From NCBI RefSeq assembly GCF_006345805.1, contig NC_043001.1:92690001-92754000 (forward strand): a stretch of 64,000 nucleotides of DNA. Direction: 5' to 3'. The notes under the pieces are model-generated. The model saw only the letters and a list, made by a program, of their open reading frames with translations, ran no database searches and had not been told where the DNA came from. The translations under genes were made by a program, and so were the position numbers. Shown in pieces: positions 38,321 through 51,823 of the stretch (position 1 is the stretch's first letter; every line of letters starts with the position of its first letter). This DNA comes from Octopus sinensis (Eukaryota).

Positions 38321-41300
38321 ATATGCAAGGTATTTCTTAATACTAATCATAAAATAATTTGAGGATCACTTAACACTAGTAAGATAAGCAATTCTTCTAG
38401 CATCCAGTGTAGTGTGTTGTTGATATTCACAATGAGAAATAATTCCATAAAACAAAATTTCACATCAAAATGTAACATCATTTACATGAAAATTTTAGCA
38501 GTAAATTTATAACCATATACACATTACTCTTATTAATTATCCCACCAGGTTATATTTTTTAGCAACAACTTTAAAAAGTTGTAAACACCATCATTAGGAA
38601 AAACTAGCACACAAATAAAACAGATAGTAATTGGAGCTACTTTTGCACATATGGTGTTGAGTTTTGTGGAAAAGAAAGGAATAGTTTGGGAGATTTATTT
38701 ACTGTATCTAATGTGGAGTTGGATGCAAAGCAGACAGCAAATGTGGAAACTTTCTTCATGTGAGTACTAACAGAAATGTCATCGTTGAAAGGCAAAAGAA
38801 AAGAGGGTTCAAAATATTGGTAGAGATACTTTTGCCAAATGACCAGAATAACTGGTTGCATTTGGGTGGTAGGAAAGTTTGTACAACGTAAGGCAGCATC
38901 TGTCCCATGCTTGCAGGAGTTGTGGTGCTTATAAGTGTCATTCAGGTTGTAAGGTTGGTGAATTTTTTCTAAGCATTGTAAAATGTGTTCAAACTACCTA
39001 AAGACTTAGGGCTGTGAGTTTTAGTTCTAAGAGAATGGTATTCTGTTTTTGATGAGACAAGGTAAATAAAGGACATGAGCTGCATAGAATTGGTAGATTT
39101 ATGATGAGTCAGTTAATTTTAATGCCATAGGATCTTCGACACTGGAAATGGGTAGTCATGATAAGGAGGTGGTTGAATACCCCCAAAAGTAGTGATAGAG
39201 AAGGTTTAGTAAAGATTAGATCTGGAACTGAGAAAGAGGTCAAGAGTGTTTGACGTGTGTAGAAAACAAAACTAGTTGATGCAGAGAGTTGATGATTGTG
39301 AAAGACTCAGTTTGTATGAGATGAATAGTAAAGCAAAGAAGAGTTATGATTGTTGAAGTTATCATGGAAGATGTTTCAGAGAACTACGAAGTGAAGTATC
39401 CTCAATGCAAGGGATATGGTCTAAGAGTTAGTGGTGGCTGGAGGAGTTCAGAGAGTGATAGAGAAAACAGATGAGTTTCAATGAACAGGAGAAGGAGAAT
39501 TAGAGTAACTGAAAGTCTTTATTGCTGGTATATAGGTGAGATGGGTGAATGGCAGGAAGAGTGGGATCTATATAAATTCACACACAATGTTTTAGAAAGA
39601 AGTTTCTGTAAAGAGTGCTCCCTGGACAGCAATGACAAGCTGTAAATGAGGGCTGAGAGCTTTGAGAGAAATGGTATGAGTGGTTCGTAGACCCAAGAGG
39701 AGGAACAATTTCCCAGCAGGATTATTTTCAGTTTGAAGTATTTGGTGAATAGCAGTGTGAAATTACAATAACCTAAACCTCTTCAACTAAGATGATAAAT
39801 AATGATAGCAAAACTTGCTTGACTAGAATCTAATTCCAAAATGTAATATGTTTAATACAAAAAAATATCATGGCTAAAATGCAAATTATAATGTGTGACA
39901 AAAGCAAGAATTCTAGATTTAGTGGAATTTTTTACTCTCAACAGAATATAGTTTTGTTGCAGTGCACTAGTTAAAATTGATTAATGAATGAATCTCACAA
40001 TAATAAACCGCAGTTTCTCATAGACTTTTGATAAAAATAAGTACCAATATGTTACAATAACTAGCTATCATTATCAAATATTTTATTAGCTATCCACCTT
40101 CATATGATCAAATTCCACCAAGCTTACACGATAACTATAGTAGTTTTCTTTCCCACAGTAAACAAACAAAAATTCATTAGAAATCTCCAGATATTAGCAG
40201 CCATCTGCATGAAATAAACAATAGTTAAGTTATTTGTAATGTATGTGATGCTGGAAGCAGGAAAAGAAACTACTGAAAAAAAATCACAATAACTTTAGAG
40301 CACAGTGTTACCTTTCCACATCATTGTTTGAGGCATCCAACACTGACAAGTTTGCACAGGCAAGTAATAGAGCTAATAAAATTAAATTTGTTAGTTAGGA
40401 GAGCTATATAAATAGTATCATCTACAATACCAAGATTTCATGGATTGTTCTATATTAGTGTATTTAGATGTACTTAGCAAATATTAATTAACCTAAACCA
40501 GTGTGTTTCATAGGAAGGGTGTATGTAAAAGATTGGAAAATGGACAGACAAATTGCTATGTTTAATAAATTACATGATTTTAAACTTGTTCAGCACTCTG
40601 GATAAGAGAATTAAATAGAGTTTTTTGTCTTCGCATTAATAAATAGCCAAGCATGATAATTTTATTGATATAGTGATGATGGGTACACTGATATTTATGA
40701 GTTTGAAAGCTGCTGATTTGAGGCATTGGTTTTGTAATCTTTCCTAGTCTGATGAAGTCAAATTAGTAGATGTTCAGCTCAATCATCTTCAGTTTAATGC
40801 CTGCATAAAAGCCACAGGCAATAAGGGGATTCCAGAGGGTTACAGTTCAGAGGAAAAAGGATTGAGCAATGTATTTACAAGATTTGGGAAGGAAGACAAA
40901 ACAGAAATGATAAGATGAAATGGAGGTGAAGCAGGTGAGCTTGGATGGAGGTGATAGATTGATTACACATTCAGAGCACCAGAAACCATTGTAGTTATTA
41001 TTGTTCTTGTAAAAGTGACAGAAGGATACGTCACATTAATTAATCAGTGGTTGCAATGAGTAATGGTAATATTTTTAATGCATACTAGGATGTGTGTGTG
41101 AGTGTGTGATAGTGACACCATCTCAAATGCATGAACAGTACTCCAATATGCAAAGTACAAGCAACTAGTCATTTATAACCAAATTAAATACTAATATATG
41201 AAATGAAAGCTTTTAGAAAAGAGTTTTAGATATGCTGCATAAACTAGAATGTTACCTGTTATATGACAGCTAACTTTGGAAATATACTTTTGCCACTATG

Positions 41301-42367
41301 TGTAATATGAGGAAATATGGCATACATACAATAATTTAATTTTCTTCAAAGTTTTTGGGACTAATACTAAATAATGACATGAAAAATAATTATTACCATA
41401 AAATAAATTTAACAAAACAAATTTCTCTTTTACACAATTCTTCCTATAACTATACTGCCATTTACTCTCGCTCATCATCCTCTGTCTTTAAGACTCTTTC
41501 TCTCTCTCTATGTAGAGCATCCCTTTATACATTTCTTGCCACCAAGCCTTGTATGTGCACTCATCTTGTACCTTTTATGTTAAGTCTCTCTGTATATCTC
41601 TTTTACTCTCTCTGTATGTAAGCATGACTGGAGATATCAACAAACCAACATTTATATCAGCTATTATTAGATAATTATATACAGATATGAATTAGACATT
41701 TGAATATATTTGAAAAGGAAGATCTATTTACAAGCAATAAAAAATATTTTCTTAAAAATATACACACATGAATATGTACATGTAAATAACATTCATACAT
41801 AATTTTTTTTCTGGTGAAGCCATTGTAACCATTACACTAAACAAATGATGTATTTACATTTGCTGCATTATTTTGTAATGATAATAATAATATATACATA
41901 TTAACTATCAAAGTCTTTTGTTACATATTTATTGTCTAGATCAGACATTACATAACTGTATCAGTTAAAATTAATTAACAAGAAACAATTCTAAACTTTA
42001 AATAAGGGAGTATATTGTTATACTTCAACTAAATTTGGAAGAGAGCTGTTGTAATGATAATAGGTGAAGAGCATGGTGCAATAAAGATAGATTTGATAAG
42101 GCAATATTTGTGGACCCTACAAAATCCAACCTAAATATTAAATTCATCAAATTGAATTTTCTACAAATTCATTGCTTTTGATTGAAATATTGCACTATTT
42201 ATCTAAAATATGTTTATCACGTAAGTTATGTGGAGGGATCTTGTGCAAATATCACAAAAATGCTTGAAGAACATTAATCTTGGTGTATATATTACATCAA
42301 CACACTAAAAAAAACCCATCTTCATGCTTAAGGAATGTGTGTATGTGTGTGTGTGAGTGTGTGTGTA

Positions 42368-42409
<42 letters not shown>

Positions 42410-43142
42410 GTATATAATTAGAGAAAAAACCTCTATTAAACAATTCAATAATGAAATATGTTATTCACACCATATAGAAAACATACTATAAAAACCTTAA
42501 TCTAAAAATCAATAAAGTACAATAAATAGTAAATAGTAGTAAAGTACTATTTACTATATATATATATATATATATTTATATATTGTGTACATGAGTAAAT
42601 GCTTTCAGGAATATTTGATGATCCATTAACTTGACTGATGAGATGAGTATATGTTGCCTTTACATTACATTGATTTAAAACATTTTCTGACACCTATACT
42701 TAGTGAGAAGCCGTATTATGATTACCAGGAAATATCTAGATAGCAATAATGCTGCTTCTCCCTACAAGAAATGTTTGGTAACAATAGATGCTATTCTGTC
42801 ATTGACTCATCAAGAGAACTTGCAAAACAAGGGATAACTATGGCTACCTTAGCTGAGCCTTTAAGTATCACATTCACATTTTATGCATAGTTGCAGACAA
42901 TTTTTTCCATATTCAGCTTCAGGCAAGTGTATGTGTTTGCATTTACATATATATGCATGTACATGTAAATGTGTATATCAGTCTTTTATTTTCACTCCTC
43001 CCTCATCTTTACTACGAAAGGGGTAAGTAATAGCTGGAAATGTTATCTGTAATACGTAATTTTTATTGGAATGTAATATTATAATTAGGAAACATGCTTT
43101 TCTTTAAAGCAAATATTTTATATAGTTATAAGATATACAAAC

Positions 43143-43258
43143 CTTCCGCCATGTGATTTCTGGTTTTGGTGTTCCTTCAGCATCACATGGTATAGTTATT
43201 GAGTTGCCTGCCACCGACTGGTATATCGGCTTTGGACGGATTGTGAAGTATGGTGGAT
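43143..43258 (-). CDS. tutl: turtle/IGSF9-like adhesion molecule, exon encoding N-half of Ig domain (Ig5-equivalent)
   Basis: Acceptor ctacccttctAG, donor AAG|GTTTGT. 116 nt, phase 1 to 0. Translates (x)PPYFTIRPKPIYQSVAGNSITIPCDAEGTPKPEITWRK with the Ig B-strand Cys and C-strand Trp; resembles Drosophila Turtle PPAFTVEPETLYQRKVGDSVEMHCDA (recalled). Confidence 0.9.
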
Positions 43259-44331
43259 CTAGAAGGGTAGAATTCAATGGAAATAAAAGCAGGTATATGT
43301 TAATCAGAAAAGGTTTGATAGGAAGAAAAAAAAAAAAGGAGGTAAAAAAACAGCCATCACCATTCCAGCAAAGCACACTCTTGTGTGTGTTTACCTGCCT
43401 GTTTATTCATGTTATTATGCACAATGTGTAACCTTTTGATTTGATATTCTTTTTAAAGAATTGTTACAATAAAAATCCTTTATACAGAATCATACAGCAG
43501 CTTTGATAAATTTAAAGAGGTGATAGTGACCTAGAAGGGAAAAAGAAAAACAATGGAAGGAATGAAATAAGAGAGGAAAATTGAAATGAGGGTAATGGAG
43601 AGAATTCTGAAATTCTGGAGAAAGAAAAATTATGCAAAACCATCTGAAAATCTTTGACAAGATATATATTTGTTTGATGAAGTAGCTACAGTAGGAAGAA
43701 AGGGTGGAAACTTAGACTGGAAATGAAACTTGGTTCCTATGAATGCGTATCAAATACGTCTTAATAAGTCAATATATATACATATAAATGTTCTTCTGTG
43801 AGAGAAATACTTAGACCATGTATATGTATAGATATGGCAGATCCATGTACATCACCTAAGTACACAGAAAATTGATGTTAATATTTTTAAGACACTTTCT
43901 CATTATATTTAGGTGAATATTAAATAACAGTGTATACATGAATTTGTACATTACTCACATGCATCCCATGTTTCATTTGTATGTGTTAATATGTACATAA
44001 ATATATACAAATATATATATGATTTATTACATGTTTATAATGATTTGTTGAATATAGCAGAATGCATTCACTTAATTTTAAAAAAAACAACTTTTGTAGC
44101 TGCATGGTTGTGGCCATTTAAAGACTTTTCACATGAATAAATCTGCCCACAGGTTGTTGGAGCAAATCATTTTATTAACAATGTATCATTCCCAATATCA
44201 ACTACTTGAAAAGTACTCTTCCTATATCTAGGAAGGTATCTTGGCTGTCACAGATATTAAAAGAATTTTATATTGAACATCCATGATAAAACAGAGGAAA
44301 GAACAGGAAAACTTACACAAACGCACATACA

Positions 44332-44368
<37 letters not shown>

Positions 44369-45049
44369 ATGCGCATGTGTGTGTGTGTTAAAATGATGAT
44401 ATGTTAAAGCTAACTTAATAACAACTAGATATTTACTGTTAGTGTGGATCTATACTGATAGTAGTGTTAAATCAATTGCACAGATCAAGCAGACTGGGAC
44501 CCCAAGTTTTGCCTGTCTGTTCAGCCATTGAGAGAGGAAATCATCAAAAAGAAGTGAGGGGATAATAAGTTATACTATTTGGTAAGAATTTCAAATGAGC
44601 TAAGTCAATGAAGCGTTTAAAGGTCAAGAAGCAGATTAAGCAGATAAGTCAGTGTTGGTTAAAGACAAGGTTAGTTTGGAGTAGAGGATGGACATTAAAG
44701 AAATAAAAGGGCTGAGGTTTATTGGATAGATTTTGCTATAATATCAACAATGAAAAAATAGTTTGGGTGGCTCTGGGTATTTTGTACATGGGCTGACTTT
44801 TGCAATGTTTTTAATATAAAAAAGGGTCATATGGAGATTATGGGAAGAAAAATACTTAATTTTTAAGTATGTGTGTGTATGTGTAAACCAGTTTTTAATA
44901 TCAATGTGTCTATATATAGCTACAGAAAAGAAAAAAAAACTACTGCAAGGATAATAAGGCATGGTTAGATGCAGACATAGTTATGTGGTTAACAAGACTG
45001 AGTCTCAACCATGTAGCTTCAGGTTCAGTTCCACGGCGAAAAAAAAAAT

Positions 45050-46200
45050 ATTCATAAAAAGAACAAGTCTACTTATTTGAGAAAAATACAACACATAAAC
45101 CTAGAAAAAACAGACTGAAAAAATAAATTTCCATCTAGTAACATTTTTATCCAGTCATTTGAAAAGGATCTGAACATAATAAAAAAAATCTAAAATTTTA
45201 AAAAAATGTTTTTAAATTTGAGAATAACTTCCAAAACAACTATACAGCATTTTAATAGAATATAGAATTACAGTCTCTTTGCTAAATTATATAAAACTCA
45301 GAATATTTATTACTTAATAGAGAATCCTACTTCCTCCAAACATATGACACTAGACTGAATAAAATTAAAATCTCTGCCAGAAAGGAAGCTACTAAACTCA
45401 ATATTGAAGAAAGATCCAATAAACTAACCCAGCAAGAACCACACATAAGTTGAAAAGATCACATACCTAAGTTCATGCACCATCCAACTACTGGATAGAT
45501 AGACACTTGGAAAACTGACTCTGGAACAATAAGTAATCTATTATAGATTCTTTTACTTATAAAATTAAATAACAATCATCACTAGCACTGGAACAATTCC
45601 TTTCCCTAACACACTGCTTTTAAAAATGTACTAAATAAATCAGAAGGACACTTTTTCAGTTTTATATATTTAACTATTACCCTTTCATCAAGAAAATACT
45701 GACACACAAAACAATGCTCTAACAATAATACCACAGATACAAATTGACATTGACACCATTTTCCAGCAAGAAAATCAATATAATTTTTTCAAAACACCCT
45801 TTGGGAATCAGCACCTGCTGGATTCTGAACCATTTGTTGTTGGCATGGGACCGAGTTAGTGATTTGGTGAACTTGTACATTTTATAATTAAATCAAAAAT
45901 TCCTACATATTTCAAAGGGACTCTATAGAGACGATAACATAAAAACTTTAATAAACAGAGAAAGTAAAATTCCAAAAGAAGTTAAATTCTTTGACTTATT
46001 TAGTATTAGTCTTCAAAATTACTGTAGAAAACCAACCCCCACACAATTTTCTGCATATAAATTTAAGCCCTCAACAACTCTTCAAACCACTTATATCAAA
46101 GACCTACCAAAAATATTTAGTACATCAACAAATTACCAAATCACATGAAGAAAATCATAAATAACCTCATCCACAGTTTAACTTTCAAATCATTTGAATG
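45050..46200 (+). mobile_element. highly decayed Penelope-like RT region
   Basis: KDHIPKF..HP, PF.VGMG...DLVNLYIL, GTLYRDD, ITVE..NFL motifs appear in the expected order. Confidence 0.6.
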
Positions 46201-46651
46201 TGTAGTGGCTAGATCGCTAGTGCATTGTGATCAACAAAATATAACATAATGTCCAATAGTCTGGTTAATCATGTGATTATGTTATATATCTCATCATCGT
46301 TTAACATCTGCCTTCAATGCTGGCATTATATATATATATGTATAGTAATATTTTCTTTCTGTTGACTTGTATACAGATACATCTATTAGAAACTACAGCT
46401 TCCATACATACCACAGGCACACACATAATTAAAAGGTAAAATATTTTGCTTTACATAAACTCCATTTGAAATTAACTTTTTTAAAAATAAAACATAATAT
46501 TCAGTCTACTTACAAGGTAACTTGCACCATCAAAGTTATTATTTTCAATTCTGATATGGTGGCAACCTTTACCTAATAACCCTTCTCAAAATTTTTGTTT
46601 TTTTATTGTCTTCCATTCACTCCCATATATTCCTCCATCTATCTATCTATC

Positions 46652-46683
<32 letters not shown>

Positions 46684-47448
46684 ATTTAGGGTATTTAGGG
46701 AAATAGCAACCAAAATTTGACTCTAAAATCACATAAAATTTTCATACACCACCTGGAGAGAAGACAAAAAGGACAAAATAAACTAGCAAAAAATTTTATA
46801 TATATTTATATATATATGTGTGTGTGTGTGTGTGTGCGTGCGTGCATGCACACATACATGTGTGTGTGTGAATGTGCATGTGCAAGTAAAGAGGAGTGTA
46901 ATAAAAAAAATATCAATTTCATATTCTTAGAGTCATACAATCTACTATCTAGCATATGATCTTTGGTGTTTGATATCTATTTGCTTACTCTACTGTCCTG
47001 ACCTGTCATCACATGTACCATAACCCATTCAATATTAGATGGGATTCAATAATGTAAATTAGTCTTTTTAAAAATCAATTAGCAGTATGCAGCAAATAGA
47101 TGTGAATAGACTACAAAAGGACATGGTTTAATTTAAGGGAAAACACATGGTCCACATTGATTTTCATATAAGATTAAAATTTCTGTAATCACAATTTATG
47201 GCTAAGGGACATTAAACATTTTGACCTTAGATTAGGTTTCTATGTTTGGGTATGTCAATGAGTGTGCATGAATGTGAGTGTAAGTCTATGTATGCATACA
47301 CAGATGTATTTTACTTTTACTTAAAATACATATGTATATATGTGTACACATAAACATATATATGCATATTTATATATACACACTCACAATAATGTCCCAA
47401 TGCCAGTAGGGAAGGCGGACATTAAACAATGATGATGATGATGATAAA

Positions 47449-47480
<32 letters not shown>

Positions 47481-48739
47481 CATACATATATGAGTATCAA
47501 AACAGGAGATTGAAAAAATTTGGGCATTACTATTTATTCACCATATGGCAAATAAATAATACCAAAATATTTTTTCAATCTCCTGTTTTGATATGTAATT
47601 ATTCCAGCATTTTTTAACTTTTATGCATGCCTCACACACTTATAGAATTTAGGAGAACTGAAATATACAGATGTGCTTCACAAACACTATAACCCTATCT
47701 ATATACATACATACATATATATGTACATATGTGCTTATATACACACACAAAGAAAAATAGAATAGAGACAGCAGGTACTAAAAAAGAGAAAAAGGGGAAG
47801 AGAGACATAGAAGAGAGAAAGAAAAGGAGAGAAAAGGACCTGAAAAAATGGGAGGAGCAAAAAAGGAAGAGAGGTGAAAGCAGAAGGAAAAAGATTATTC
47901 ATTAAAACAGAAAAACAAAATGAGTAAAATCAAATGAAAGAAACAGAAAGTATAATGCAGAGATTATTTAATGTAGATATTAACCAGTTTCAAATATACA
48001 CTACAGAATGCCTGAAAAAAGATATATATACAGGTTGTGCTGCTGAGGCATATTGGAGAAAAAGCACATAGGAAGCAGGACCTGCACTTGTAAATTTAAA
48101 CAAAATTTGTTTATATGCAACATTTCACACATAGATTATACCAACACAGCATTTTCACCACACACCACAGCAAAATTCCATGAAACAAATTTTATATATA
48201 TATATACACATAAACAAATACATACATAATTTAGTTCTGGAACAATGGATCTTGAAGCACACTTGCAGCAAGAAACAATAGCATGCACATATTAGGTTCA
48301 AAATATGCTTTACGATAGGAAAAGCCTTCAACATTTTCTATCCAAAACACCTTTTCCAACCCAATTTTTACATTCCGTTATTTGTGTCTTTACGTGTGCT
48401 TCAAGATCCATTGTTCCAAAACACAAATTATTTCACATTCTCTTGAAGGTTTATAAATTCTTATGATGTGAAAAAAATATGTTAGGTGTATGTATTATAT
48501 ATTAAATACATGTTATATATGTAGTACAAACACATACAAATTACATATTAAATATATATCATATATATATACTGAAGGCATACATTCCCTTGCCCTCAAT
48601 ATAAATATATATATTTAAGAGAAAAATTGATGGATTTTTCCCTTATGAGGTTTTTCACACTAACTACTTGATAAATTCTTATAAAGATTTTATCCTATTT
48701 TAAAATTATATATATATATATTAAATATCTTTATAAAAT

Positions 48740-48780
<41 letters not shown>

Positions 48781-48929
48781 GGTTTTCCCCTTATCTTAAA
48801 AAGTAATTTTTAATCGAAAAAATTTTCTAAACGATGAACTTATCTTACCTTATATATTATACATTTGTATGTTTCCTATATATATATATGTATTTTTATA
48901 TTTATTATTCTAGATGTTATAATGTTAAA

Positions 48930-48961
<32 letters not shown>

Positions 48962-49166
48962 TTGTCGCTAAAGTATTAATTATTAATTGCGGTAGACTGT
49001 AGTCACACATTTCTCTTATATGCTTGTATAAATGAATTATGTTTCATCTTCTGTGATTTTATGCATCTATATTCTATGTGTAAGAAAAAGCATTATGTGA
49101 TTAAATGTTTGAGATGTGATATGTTACGTAGATGACCTTATATTTGTTTGTTCTGCAACCATAGTT

Positions 49167-49205
<39 letters not shown>

Positions 49206-49315
49206 CATATATTTCAAATTGGTTGAAAGATTCCACCAAAAATGCCTTCACAACATTTTAAACATTAAATGGGTCTTTTTTACTCCAGATACAGATGTCT
49301 TTGCCTCTGTAGGTA

Positions 49316-49633
49316 TCACTTATTGTATGCACAGTTTGTGACAGACCATGCCTTTCTTTTGCTGGGCTCAAATCTCATTTGCAGACCTATGAAAAATGAA
49401 CCTCCACCAACTATTCTGCCCATATATCTGTGCACACCTTTCAATGCTGTGTATGCCATAAGGTCTGCAAATCTAACGAAGGTCTCAAAAGACATTTTAA
49501 GATCCACAAAGATCAGAACTTAACTACAGCTCTTGGTAGTCCAAATCAGATATGCAATCTATGAGGGTATATTTTCAATATACTGTCTGGTTTAAAAAGC
49601 CACATCAGATGCCATGATGGATCTAAGGTGTAG
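49316..49633 (+). pseudogene. three tandem C2H2 zinc fingers with in-frame stops, probably the 3' end of an RTE-type LINE ORF
   Basis: Single frame: CTVCDRPCLSFAGLKSHLQTY..* / FQCCVCHKVCKSNEGLKRHFKIH / CNL*GYIFNILSGLKSHIRCH..*. Confidence 0.72.
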
Positions 49634-50277
49634 GTACAAGAAATGACCAGACTCTGTATAAGGAGAAGACAACCACACACACACAGAGATACAAATATAT
49701 ATATAGAGAGAGGGGGGGAGAGTAAATGTAATGAGAATCAAGTTAGGCAAACTGATTTACAAAGAATACTAAATGCATTTAATAGAAAAAATGTACATGT
49801 GTATGGATATAAAATAGTCCGACCTAGAGAATATAAAAGATATCAGGAGTTAAATGGATAGAGTTTTATGAGTTCATTTAATATTTTGTGTAAATTGACT
49901 TGCCTAACTTGCTTTTCATTACATTTACTCCTCTACTGGCTCAAGTTCAAATCTCTTGAGCACTTCGGAGTGCATTCTATATAGAGAACATCTGTCTCTA
50001 ACATATACATATATAAATATATATATACACACACACACATTGTTTTAAGGTCTACTTTTCCAAGCTTGTCTGCATTAATAGAATCTACTGAAACAGATCT
50101 ACAGCCAGATGCCATTCCTATTGTCAACCAACACACATATGTGTGTATGCATACATACGGATGTGTATATATATATATTTCGTTTTTGGATTTGGTTTGC
50201 AAGATTCTTTATATGAGTTCCAGAATATATATATACACACAAGCCAATATGGGTGCACATGTCTGTATACATAAACC

Positions 50278-50330
<53 letters not shown>

Positions 50331-51606
50331 ACATATATGGCATGGCTGTGTGAAAACATTTTCACAATTATGCAGTTTTAGGTTCAGAGCTTACTGTGTG
50401 GTGCCTTTTGGCAGGTGTCATCTTAAATGCTTATACATCCCTAATTTTGTAACAGTTTTGGTTCCCATTGACTTGACATCATACTATGTATTGTTGTGAG
50501 ATGTGATGCATAGTCAATGAAAATAACCCCCGGGAACCATGAAGAAAGATTTCATTCTATTACAATCAGAATTGAGTGCAAACAGAAAATAATAAAGCAT
50601 CCAGTTTTATGCTCATCTGTCTGGCTTATGTGAACCATTCTTTAACTATATAATTGCATAAATAGGAGAAGTAGGTAGAATCTTATTTCCTGAATTTATA
50701 TCTTTACTGTGCATACTACAAAAAAGTTATCTCTGTAGCCTCTTAATCAATTCTCTAAACATGGAGGTTACAATCTAAACTGTTTCTTTTACTATGGATG
50801 CCATCATACATACTACTTTATTTCCACATTATCTTCATTCATATACATTGTGTTACCATGATAAATTTAACTACTTTTACTGATTAACATGTATATATCT
50901 CTCACAGTACCTCTTCATGCATATTTCAGTAAATGAACTTCTACATATCTGCCTGGCTTTGCTAAAATTAGAGCCAACTTTTCATATTTAAACTTTGTAC
51001 CAACTTAACTCTAAGACATAAATTTTAGGACAGAATGTTTACAACACAGATTAAGTGGCCACAACTTAAATGTTTATGTTTATGTCAGTCTGGCATGTTA
51101 ATGTCTAATATCTTTCAAATCTGAGATGATGAAGTCTTGGACTATACACTAACATTCAACAACAAGAACACAGTCTGAATCTATTTCAATCAAAGGTTCA
51201 TACCATTTTCATTTATTTTTTTCTGTACCAACTACTATCTTCAAATCATAATTATCTCCTTATAACCCTAAGAATAACACATAAATGCCATATCATCAAT
51301 TTCTCATAACCAAATTTTGGAAAATGTCCTTAAAGAATAACAGGTATTCTGCACAAAGTCAGTCCACCGGAAAGATTTCCACTATAATTAGTATTAATAC
51401 ATTTTGAGATAAAAAAAACACCAAATTTGACAATAATTTAGATATAACCATCTTTCTTTAAAAAAAAATCTTTATACAACACAGCAAACAGTTCACATAC
51501 TGTATACCACTCAAACAAACAGATGATCTCTACTCCTTTTCTTGTAATTAAACTACTCATACACTTTTATATATGGATTGAAAGCACACAATATATATGA
51601 CCAATA

Positions 51607-51823
51607 AGGTGGCAAGCTGGCAGAAGTGTTAGCGTGCTGGGCAGAATGCTAAGCGGCATTTCATCAGACTTTACATTTTGAGTTCAAATTCCACTGAGGT
51701 TGACTTTACATTTTTCATCCTTTCGGGGCCAATAAAATGAGTGCCAATAGAGTACTGGGGTCGATGTAATCAACTTACTCTCCCACCCCTGAAATTGCTG
51801 GCTTAGTGTCAAAGCTTGAAACC
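51607..51823 (+). repeat. single SINE family B copy
   Basis: ggtggcaagctggcagaagtgttagc..gagttcaaattccactgaggttgact..catcctttcgggg; tatatgaccaata occurs on both sides (possible TSD). Confidence 0.85.

Noticed and set aside
38640-39780. Possible additional Penelope/LINE relics (also ~6600-7330, 10400-11030, 15050-16200, 29040-29640, 31100-31930, 40640-41030, 61560-62260)
   Set aside because: Only faint motif resemblance; too decayed to assign family or boundaries by eye.
43153-43431. 92-aa plus-strand ORF
   Set aside because: Antisense shadow of the real minus-strand exon.
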